This document shows, one piece after another, positions 10,013-20,000 of a stretch of DNA of 20,000 nt. A program made the translations under genes and the position numbers. Below the pieces are notes generated by a model. The model saw only the letters and a program-made list of their open reading frames with translations. It ran no database searches and was not told where the DNA came from. This DNA is from Spirogloea muscicola (Eukaryota): positions 348,315 through 368,314 of the forward strand of contig WELB01000020.1 in the NCBI GenBank assembly GCA_009602725.1, read 5' to 3'. Within the stretch, counting starts at the first letter, position 1. Each line of letters begins with the position of its first letter.

Positions 10013-11868
10013 ATGGCGGCGCCGGAGCACGGCCCGCCGGGGGCGTCGNNNNNNNNNNNNNNNNNNNNNNNNNNNNNNNNNNNNNNNNNNNNNNNNNNNN
10101 NNNNNNNNNNNNNNNNNNNNNNNNNNNNNNNNNNNNNNNNNCGGTTGCGGCAGCGGCGGCGGCCGCGGCGGCGGCGGCGGGCGCGTGAACGGCGGCCGCG
10201 GCAAGGGCAGCATCTTCTTCCGCACCAAGCTGTGCAGCAAGTTCAAGGCGGGCACCTGCCCCTACGTCACCAACTGCAACTTCGCGCACTCCATGGACGA
10301 GCTGCGCAAGCCGCCGCCGGGCTGGGAGGACCTCGTCGGGCCCCAGGTGCAGCACCCCCTCTGAACCACCAAACGCCTATACCCCTAACCTCTAAACCCC
10401 TGAAGCCCGTCGCCGTTTCCTGTCGAAGCTCAGGCCGTGCTGCTAGGTTGAGGGTTCAAGGTCTCGCAGCTACAGAGAGGGGACCAGGCTACTGGGTATG
10501 GTGGAGATCCACAACATTGTAACTTTTTGTCAACTCCTGACCCTTAGCCCCAGTCCCTGGCACCTCATCAATCTACGGCTCGCTCGTGGCGGTGGCGGCA
10601 GCTAAGGTGGCCGTGCCTGCAACGGCGGCAGCGGCAGTGGTGTGCGCAGATATTGCCGTGTCCTGCAAGTGATTGCAAATCTCGAGCTTGTGCAGGAGGA
10701 GAAGCATGTGGAGCGCGTGCCGCCGGAGCTCAAGCGCAACAAGCCGTGCAACAAGTTCAACAGCGAAGTGGGGTGCCCCTACGGCGACCGCTGCCTCTTC
10801 ATCCACGAGCGCTTGCCGTCACAGCCTCAGCCGCAGGCTCCGGCGCCGCAGCCTGCGGCAGCGCCGCCGCCGCAGCGGGGGCCGCTTGGCAATGGGGGTG
10901 GCGCTGGCGAGTGGGCGGGCCGGAGTGGGCCCCTTCCTCAGGCGCCAGTGGAGGCGAGGGGGCCGCCAGGCGGCGGCGGCGCAGATAACAGCAGTGGGGT
11001 AGGCGGCGGCATTGGCGGCGTTGGGGGTGGAAGCGGCGTCAGCGACAAGGGGCCCAGGCCCGCACACTGGAAGACGCGCATCTGCCTCAAGTGGGAGGAG
11101 GGCGCCTGCCCATTTGGGGACAAGTGCCACTTCGCTCACGGTGCTCATGGTGAGCGACTCGGCTCGCCGCCGAGGCGCCAACATGGCTGCCGTTGTTGCT
11201 TCTGTTTCGCTTGCGTGCCATTGCTCGAGGCTTCTGGGAGGCGCTTTCCAAATCTGCTTTGAACTGCTGCTTTAGAGACTCTGAGCGTCAAATGATTGCT
11301 CTTCCTTCTTTTGGAACACAGCCCACTATGCAGGTTGCACTTTGCCAAGATGGAGAAGCATTCCCTTGATCTAGACCGTACATAATGGTCAATTACATTA
11401 TGTATAATGTCTTCATACTACCCTGCAGACTTGCAGCCGTATGGCGGGTCAGCTGCTGTATCTGCGGGCGGCAATGCCACATTAAGGCCTGATACAGTGG
11501 AAGCAGCGGCGGCTCCAAGGCAGCCAAATGGTAAGAGTGGTGGCGGCGGGCCCGCAGCGCATGCAAGGCCAGAGGAGGCCGGCGGTGGCGGTCGGGGTGC
11601 AGCTGCGTGGCATGGCCCGGCGGGGCAGGTCACGACCGTCTATGGAGACTGGCTGGCCGAGGAGGACTGGGAGGAGGAGGACTGGGGCGACACCGACGCT
11701 TGGGGCTGGGATGACGAAGGCGGCGATGGTGGCATCGTTGAGGACGGCCAAGCAGCCGGTGACAAGATAGAAGGGCCGGCGGAGGGGAGCGCCCCTGGTG
11801 CTGCTCGCCCCTTCCTTTGTGCACCGACTGATGTGGCAGCAGCGAGTGCCGTGGCACAGACCAGCTAA
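10013..11868 (+). CDS. Three-finger CCCH zinc-finger protein (resembles the plant C3H12/C3H28 group); exons 10013-10346 (spans the N gap), 10696-11149, 11429-11868
   Basis: ZF1 is FFRTKLCSKFKAGTCPYVTNCNFAHSMDELRKPPPGW, ZF2 is CNKFNSEVGCPYGDRCLFIH, and ZF3 is [34 protein letters not shown]. Introns are GT-AG and frame-consistent. The link between ATG 10013 and ZF1 cannot be verified across the 93-N gap. Confidence 0.88.
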
Positions 11869-12546
11869 TCAAGGGCGTCGCTGGCAGATTCTGCGGCACT
11901 TAGGATGCGCAGGCCTTCACTGCGCCCATAGAGTTAAGGATAGCCAAAGTCACTTCACAGAACCCATGTTTTTGTGTATGTATCCCTGCTGTGAAGCTTG
12001 AAGTGTGACTCAGAGATTGATGCTGTTCCGTGGACTATTACACGGGCTGAGCGCCAAGCAAGAACTGCCGGCTATCAGTGTCTGCAGTTTACAGGCATCG
12101 TTCCAATGTGAATTGGAACCTCAGCATTCTCTTAGTAGTGCATCGCAGGGTCTCTGGGCGGCTTCACAGCATCAGGCTGAGCAACTTGCCACAGAGATGC
12201 GGGCTTGCTTGACGACACCCATTAGCAGATATTGTCAGTATTATGTGGTGATCAGCAAAGGCTGTGATATTTACAAAGTTCTCTTTTACGACTACTTGCT
12301 GCAACTGATACAAGTGCTGAATATCTGGATAAAGCACCTGACTAGCACACTGCACCTGTACAATAGCCGATTGATCACCAGCTACGGCTTCAAAATGGGC
12401 CATCGAATCAGTGGGCAAGGTTAGGATGGTAGCAAACTTTCTACATGCGGCACTCTTGAACTTTGTCCACATCCAAGACGGCCTGCTCTTGCCTTTCAGC
12501 CGCTGCTTTCAGTCCACAAGCTCCACCAGCAAGAATGTGTGCAACC

Positions 12547-15010
12547 TCACAGCCTCCCTTGAGTAGCAGCCACGAAGTTGGAATGGTCATCTACAAGGTC
12601 TTGGAATATGTTCAAGACCTCTGTTAGCTGTTTGTGTACTCGTATTGAGTCATTGACAATGGCAAGCGCTGCAGCCCAGTGCCACCAGGTAGACATCTTG
12701 GTGCTGAGCCACAACCACCAAGGCGGGATCCTGTCACCAACCTTGGCCAATGGCTCCATGGCATCCACAATGCTCCTATACAGCAAATCATTATAAGCTG
12801 TTGGTCATTGCTGGTGACGACCTGGCAATGTGGCTATCTAACTATCTCGTCCAATAAAGAAGGGCCCTGACTCCTCCACTCTCCATCACCTCATCATGGA
12901 ATGGTCGCCGCTGCCTCACTTGCCAATCTGTCATGCGAGTAGGGTGGCAGAGGAGTAACTCTGACCCTACCTGTACATCCAGGCATGCTGTCGTGCCTCA
13001 ATTGCAATGGTACTGTTTGCGGCCACACCGTTGCCTAGCTGCACCGCGCGGAACAAAGACCTACTGCCCATGTGAGAGCTTCTAATGTAAGGTAGAGGGT
13101 CACTTGTTCTTCCCACGCAACTGATCTCTCGACCGAAGGTTGTGAGCAAGGGCTCGCAATATTGTCAAGCAGGAGCCCAGATTGCACTGATTTTCACCTA
13201 TAAATACAAAGCCAAGTGTCTAGTCATGCAGACGGAGACGTGCGACCAGAGGGGGCTTCCATGCCAAAAGGTGTTGCACATAAGCGCTCAAACCTTCTGG
13301 ACGGCCTCGGCCAAGCCTAGCTCCTCACTATCGAACGCCTCAGAGCCACCAATGAGCCACTGTGGAATTGGCATGAGTAGGGTCGGTGCACCCAGCATCA
13401 CACCCACAGTGGCGCCAATGAAGCCGTACACGCCTGGCATCGACATGTGCACAAGGCAGTCTTAGCAGCTGATGACCTCTGACAATGCACTGGCGCCCTT
13501 GCAGCAGGTGAATCTGTTGGTTGTGTACCTGACGTTTCCAAGCCAGCATCTGTGTTGTGCACCATATCATTAAACAGTTTAGCCCAGTCGACTGCCAGCC
13601 CAAGCACGTCCTCCTGAGGTGTCAGAGTGGCACCACGGTTAGTAAAGAGCCTGTTCTAGTTGACCGCTGGCTGCATGGCAGGGTGATCAATATGGCTGCC
13701 CGTCACGCAGTGTGCCTCGGCGCCACACCTTGACGTGGACGTACATCTTGTCGAGTGCGCTTGCGGCGTCCTCGAACTGAACTAGCTGCAACCGACATTC
13801 TGCTATTGTTTTGTGCAGGCTTGGCTCCTCTCTCATGGCTGGACTGAATGGATCATCGAGCATGTATGCAAGATCTGTCCAGGATGGAGCAGGCGGCCAA
13901 TATGGTTAGCAGCACTTCCCTGGAAGACACCCTGGAATCTCACCACAAAAGTAATTTGATCTGAAGACCAGGCAAGCTGATGAGCACACACCTCACAGCG
14001 TCACAATTGAAGATCAAGGGTCCTGTAGAGTACGACTCACATCCTGCTTTACACAAGAGCTCTGCCCTGTCATGACGTAGATGGGGAGGACAGCAAGGGA
14101 AGTAGGGGGGGAGGGAGTTGGCACTGTAAATTATCCTTCTTAGCATGACCAATGTCTTGCGCTCCTCGTCGAGCACGCTGATCGTCAACCCCCTGCACGG
14201 CAACACCGAGCATCACTGAGCAAGGAGTGCAGGTTGCAAGGCTTGCATCTGCTACATTGCTGCTGCTTATCTTCACTTATCTCTTATCGTGGCTGTGATG
14301 GCCGCTCTGTTGCGATTATGCTTTGAGGTGGGACTACTGTGGATTTTGGGCAGGCTGGCTTCAGACCTGTACTGCCCATAAGCCGCAGCTGCAGCACGCT
14401 GGCGGCTCACAAGGTGGAGGCCGCGGTCACTGTGACGTCCAAGTTGCCGCCCAAAGTACCGGTCATGACCGTGCATAGGCAGCAGTCCTTCTAGCGTGCG
14501 TTGGCCGTCATTGGTGATTATGTCAGCAGCACGAGCAATTAAAGAAGATCGGCCCTGGTAGCCCGGCATGGCAGCAACAGTAGAAGCCACTTTGGCTGCC
14601 AATTGGGAGCTTCGCAGGACCCCGAGAAGGAGCTCCTCGCGCGTCGAGGCAGCCACCGCAGTGCTGAAGCCCACATGGGCTCCGAGGCTGACGATACAGA
14701 CGGCCAGAATCAGAGCTGCCCACATCGCCGCTGTTGACAACTCCAATTCCCGCAATGGCGCAGCAGATCGCTTGCTCGATCCACTGTCCGTCGCCGGTTC
14801 CTCATGCGTCAAAGGCGGCGCCGTGGCCTCCACAGGCCCTCGTGTGGCGGTGGCGACGGAAGCGGACCCGAAGTTGCGCTTGGGGCCATAGGAAGACCGA
14901 GACTCGGACGTGGGCTTGAGCTTGCCGCGTGCTCGCAGGCCCTGCGCACCGCCAGAGGCGGCGGTGGTGGCGGCGACAGCAGCAGCCACATACTGGGGGC
15001 CGCCGCCCAT
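12547..15010 (-). CDS. Uncharacterised membrane-anchored, helix-rich protein (at least ~453 aa); exons 15010-14277, 14192-14150, 13785-13729, 13613-13529, 13433-13294, 13186-13134, 13060-12971, 12775-12738, 12668-12547 (or spliced on to 12482-12164)
   Basis: Nine segments join in frame through GT-AG introns. There is a TM-like segment AAMWAALILAVCIVSLGAHVGF and a second hydrophobic segment GVYGFIGATVGVMLGAPTLL. I recognise no family. The exon choice is ab initio, and the 3' end is ambiguous. Confidence 0.6.
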
Positions 15011-15702
15011 GGCAGCAGCAACGCCGGCGGTGGCAATGGCGGCGGAGGTGGCACAGAAGCACTGCTTGGGTATGCCCTGAACTTCGGAAGATGTGGATGT
15101 GTCTGGCTGAGTTAGCTGCAGTCATCGTCAGCTTCTGCGGATTGAATGCGTCAAGCGGCTGCTGAGTTGGATTACTGAGTGGCCATCAACTAAGCAACTT
15201 GCTTTATGTGAGTATACCAAATTATATATCCCGGGAGCCCCTTGACTTGCTGACTGGGCCCGCCGTTGATTTAGGTCTCAGCAGATTGACTGTTTCATGG
15301 CCTTGATACTTCTTCTGGCCGCCCGCCACATCCTACGACTCGGGTCCAAGCTTCCAGTCTAGTCTCTTCTGTATGCGCGCATCTCTACAAACTGAAGGTG
15401 TAAGTCGGCGATTGAAGCTTACTCCGGTTACTTCGTAGTAGAGGTTGAATGGTTGTTAGCACACCCAGGGAGACTACGACAGATGCAACTGCTTTACGTA
15501 CACGGCGGCTATATAAGCCAGCCAAGAGCAGACAAGATGGGCAAAGGGTTCACCAGTACACTAGCAACAGTTACAGGCTAGAAGGGGCTGTTGGAGAGAG
15601 GCAGCTGAATACGGCCGTATCATGTGTGAGACGTCTACACAACATGTGATGACGGGGATAAGTAGGGGGATCTCCAAAGAGGGGTGTGTGACGTTGAGGC
15701 TA

Positions 15703-16727
15703 CTTTGGGAAGTGCCTCCCTGTAGAAGATAAGACGCTTGCAGGAGAGGGCGGTGGCTGTGGTAGGCCAGCCCAAAAAACAGAGTTAATAAAGTTCGAAG
15801 GTCCCAGAGAAAGCGCTACAGAAGAAAGTGCTCTCCCATATAAGGTAGGGCTGCGAAAGGCCAGCCCAAAAGGAAGAGACAAGGGCCAAAGAGCTGGAAG
15901 GCGCCTAAAACGACACAGCTAGACACGAGACTACTGCAGATGGAAGCTTCGTAACCACGGGTGTGACGCTAAAGCACACAGGGAATCAAGTAGCCACGAA
16001 AAACTCAGTGATCTCTGTTGAGCAGCCGCAGGTCGGAGAAACTTGTCTGTAGAAGAAAGAAAGACCGCAAAAGATGAAAGAAGGGCCCCGGCACATCGGC
16101 CTTATTCCAGGGGCGATCGTGCTGCTCTGTGCTCCCCTTTTTTTTCCCCTAGCTATGACTGCCACCCACCCAGGGTGCAGCTCTGTGTGCGGCCAGGCGG
16201 AGGCTGTGCTGTCTGTGACAGTGTAGCTAATGTCTGTGAGAGGTCGACATCCGGGGTGAGAGCGGAGCCTCAGCTGTCTGTGTAAGAGAATGACTGACCT
16301 CTGTGTGAGGTCGGAACTGTGTGCCATCATGAGGAGATGTGCGTCTGAACCGCCGAGACGAGGGCGGTGTACTTGTCCTTCAGATAAAGGGGAACGTCCT
16401 GTAGTATGAGTGGAGGAGACAAGAAGCGGAGGCTGAACGGGAACGACAGAAGCAACATCAGGAGCAGCGAGAGCAGGAAAAAGGTTCAGGTTTCAAGCTG
16501 CTGGGCCAACTAGCTGGATGACTTGCAGCATCAGTCAACAAACTTCATCATTATTGACCTCGTAATGGCACAGAGAAGTGATTGTAGAGTTGGGCAGCGG
16601 CCGGCTCAATCGTTGAAGAGCCTACGTGCTTCTGTTCATTCTTGTTTTTGGGCCGGCTTCTCCCAGCCACCGCCCTCCCCCGGAATTGTCCTTTCTTCTT
16701 TTAGTGGAAGGAGGCAACCTTCCCATA
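15703..16727. repeat. Imperfect inverted repeat pair (about 15703-15779 and 16645-16727), with a further motif copy at 15848-15871
   Basis: The left arm reverse complement is tttttgggctggcctaccacagccaccgccctctcc...gtcttatcttct...ggaggcacttccca. The right arm is tttttgggccggcttctcccagccaccgccctcccc...gtcctttcttct...ggaggcaaccttccca. Confidence 0.7.
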
Positions 16728-16884
16728 AGGGTGCTTTCAAGGAGATGGCCAACCTTAAGGAGAGCTGTTTGAATGGAGCACGACAATGCAGAAGCAGACA
16801 ACAGTTTCCTATGCTGCAGGGTCACGAGTGAACAGGGGGCAAGTTGCATCGGAGGCCCTTAGGAAGGGAGGCTCAGAGCCCACA

Positions 16885-19784
16885 TCAGACACACTGATGA
16901 CAAAACACACGAGTGGCTGCTGATCTCGGAGTGCAGGCCCAGCGGTAAACTGGTGCTCGCTCGTTTTGATGTCTGCGATGATTGGCATGTGGCATCATGA
17001 AAGGAGACACTGAGCCCACTTTACAAGGAGTCATTGAACCAGTCCTACTCGTGCTTAAACCGAAGGCTTCAATATTCTCTAGGATGGACAGTACATCTCT
17101 CATGTCCGGCCGCTGGCTTGCACGGAAAGATGTGCAAAGCAGGCCTGCTTTGAGCATGCCCACCATCTCGCCCTGCTCCTCCTCCACATGTGGCCTCAAA
17201 GTGGCATCTACGTAGTCCGTCAAAGCAGTGCCTGCTGAGAGCTTTCCTCTTACCCAGCTGATGAGGTCGCTTCTTCTATACAAGGGTTCCTGAAAGAAGG
17301 GGTCCGTGGGCCTTCTGCCAGTCACAGCTTGCAGAAGCATAACGCCAAAGCTGAATACATCGCTCTTCTGGCTGATTTGCCCCAGCTCCATCATGTCTGG
17401 TGCCATGTAGCCCACTGTACCTGCACGTGTAGCACAACAGCATGCACAAAGTAAGAGTAATTGTCAAATTATAGAGGTAGCAGCGTCTTCTTGTCTGTTT
17501 GTAGGCAAATGGTGGCCTGACTGAACCATGAGAAGATCTCTGCATTGAATACGACCAATGGATAACCTGATGTAAGCAACATGATTGCACACGGAAGTGC
17601 AATATGTGACAGTCCGAGCCTACAAACGTCGTTGAGGAGCGAAGTACCAGCCAGAGCATGCAACCATCGATCGAAATGGAGTGTGTAGTGAAACAGCTTA
17701 CTCTTGCTGTGAATGCATACCTGCAGCAATTGTGGACATGCGGGTGAAGCGGGACTCAAGCAGCCTGGCCAAGCCAAAGTCGGCTACGTGGCCCTCCAGC
17801 TCGCTGTCCAGGAGGGACATTCGCAAGCTTCACATCCCGGTGCACAATTCGTGGCTCGCAGTCAAAGTGAAGGTACTTAAGGCCACAAGCGGCGCCGGTG
17901 AGGATCTTCACTCTGGCCTTCCAGAGGTTAATATTGGGGTCAGCGTGGCTGCTTCGCATCAAGAAGCTGTCCAGATTGCCATTTGACATGTACGGGTAGA
18001 TGAGCAGCACGTCTTGGCTCCTGGCACTATATTGGCTATCGCTGGGCAGATAGTAGGCCAGGAGAGGGACGAGATTGCGATGCCGGACTTGGCCCAGGGA
18101 CTGAACCTCCGCTTGGACCTCCCTCCACCCCTGAGAGCTATCAGGTGAGAGCTTCTTGACGGCCAGAGTCAGCTTTGTGTTCATTACAAGCCCTATGCAA
18201 AGTGCGTTGTGAGGAGGACTCAATTAGTATCTGAGGTGGGAAACGCAAGCAAGAACCCAGACAAGCAAGCCGTACTATGACGCAGGTCATTCTGAGCACA
18301 CACAGACTACGCCACGTAGACATTCACCTGTACACCTTGCCGAAGCCCCCCTCTCCAAGTATCATCTCGTCGCTGAGATTCTGGGGTCGCAATATTATCA
18401 TACGTGAAGTGCTCCTATGCAGGCCACAGAGGAAGAAGCACAAGCTTGCCAGGCTCTTCCTCCAAGAGCTTGAATCCATGCCTCCTCCTGAAGAACGACA
18501 AAAGAAGCAAGAGGACTGCTGTAGTAGTAGCTACTGAGCCAAGTGTGATGCCCACAATGGCACCTGTACCAAGGCCGGAGTGATGGCTTCTGACTGGCTG
18601 ACTACATGCAGCCAGGGGTGGTCCGCAGAGTCCCAGGTTGCCTGCGAAGGAAGAGTTGCCAAAGCTGCTCCCCAGGGCTATAGGGATAGTTCCAGTCAAG
18701 TTACTCTCGGAGACGTTGAAGTATGTAAGGAGGGTGCTCGTGAGAGGTGGTATAGATCCAGTGAGCTGATTGCCACTAAGGTCAATCGCAGTCACTTGGG
18801 TCTTTGATGCCAGCTGGGGTGGAATGGAGCCGGTTAGCTCGTTATGGTCCAAGGCAAATCTCCCGGAGGTTGAAGTCGGCCACAGCTGGGGAGATGTGGC
18901 CACTTAAGGCATTATAGGAAAGCGTCAATATGGAAACCGATGAAGCGGCAGCAAGGGCTGCTGGGATGGTGGAGCGGAGTTGATTATGAAAAAGGTCTAG
19001 CGTGCCGAGGGCCTGCAGTTGGCCGTGCTCCGCAGGGATGGCGCCTGTCATATCTGCAGTAGCACAAAGGTGGCTGTGGAGCTTAGAGCTGAGTCTTCAT
19101 GACGTCAGCTATTGGCTGCATACACATGGGACAGGCTGCCAAGCCCTTGCAGAGACAAGATCTGACCAAGAGCAAGACTGACGAATGGGTGTCTTGCAGC
19201 CTCACTATTGTTGTTAGCTAGGAAGACAACCAGGTTGATGAAATTCCCCAGCTCCGCAGGCCCGCTCCCATTGAGCTGATTGTTTCTGACATCCAGAATG
19301 GTAAGCTTCTGCAACTTGCCCCAAGATGCTGGAATGCCACCGGTTAGGAAGTTCTTGGAGACGTGGAGCGCCGACAGGTTGCCACTCATCTTCGAGAAGC
19401 TGGCTGGAAGTGGGCCGGATAGCTGGTTGCTCTCAAGGTGCAGATCAAAGAGAGCCGAGCAATTGGCCAGCGTACTGGATTATTGCCGGTCAAGCTGCAG
19501 GGAGCGAGCCGCAAGCACGGCCATTTGGCTCAGATGCAAGCTCTCCAGCTACCATTACTGGCATAAGATATCAAGAGAGCGTGAAGTTCGAATATCTGCA
19601 TCTGGACCTGGACAGCTACAAGCTCAAGGCACTCATAACATGTTGGCCTTCGATACAGCTCTGCAAATACATGGGGTTAGGGGGACAGCATGCAAACATG
19701 ATCTGAACTAGCCTGTTGTTGAAGAGGAAGAGGTGGACAAGATTCTGGAGTTGCCCAAGCTCCAGTAGTACAGAGCCTGTGAGC
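16885..19784 (-). pseudogene. LRR receptor-like kinase, disabled; exons 19784-19713, ~19494-19206, 19053-18328, 18192-17721, 17420-~16885; the 5' end lies beyond the window or is lost
   Basis: It has plant LRRs (LxxLDLxxNxLTGxIP), a GNxGLCGPPL cap, a TM segment GAIVGITLGSVATTTAVLLLLLSFF, and kinase motifs LGEGGFGKVY, LAVKKL, RHRNLVPL, HRDVK, DFG, GTVGYMAPD and KSDVFSFG. It has frameshifts at about 19480, 18862, 18385, 18189 and 17815, and an in-frame TAG at 18415-18417. Confidence 0.85.
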
Positions 19785-20000
19785 CTGCATAGCAGCAAGG
19801 GAGCGGGTGAAGGGTCACACATTCAACTCTGACGCTCATTGTTGTAATTCTTTTTCTGGTGTGCCTGCCAGCATCTCTTGAATGTGGAAGCGAGCTCCGT
19901 CGACCGCTCCCCACATCACACTGCAGTACGCCAAGCAGACAGGGCGGGGGGAGACCCAACAGGCGATGGGTGGCCAAGGGGGGGGGAAGAAGAGAGAAGA

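Noticed and set aside
15986..16849. Short ORFs inside the inverted-repeat segment as a transposase or gag
   Set aside because: No DDE, zinc-knuckle, RT or tyrosine-recombinase motifs are visible.

Overview
This is GC-rich, intron-rich eukaryotic DNA, most likely from a streptophyte green alga or another non-angiosperm plant-lineage genome (inferred from gene content, not verified). It is a draft assembly, with N gaps at 625-681, 986, 6403 and 10049-10141, and a 303-nt poly-A that is probably an artefact. Splicing GT-AG exons by hand gives seven loci. (1) Two 5' exons of an Orai-like paralog on the minus strand (171-624). (2) A complete 10-exon Orai/CRAC-channel-like gene on the plus strand (1092-4082), head-to-head with the paralog. 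(3) A 5-exon plant-type STN1 of the CST telomere complex (minus, 4409-5413). (4) TL29/APX4, the thylakoid lumen 29 kDa protein (plus, 6508-8472; first exon not resolved). (5) A three-finger CCCH zinc-finger gene (plus, 10013-11868). (6) An unrecognised membrane-protein gene of at least 9 exons (minus, about 12547-15010). (7) An LRR receptor-like kinase pseudogene with several lesions (minus, 16885 to beyond 19784). The most notable observation is the divergent Orai pair. The complete copy has Gln at the position of the selectivity-filter Glu (human E106), and both copies carry a WRxEDxx heptad N-terminal extension. A six-copy dispersed palindromic motif (TTTGGGCTG-N7/8-CAGCC) and degenerate telomere-repeat tracts in 5' introns are also present.
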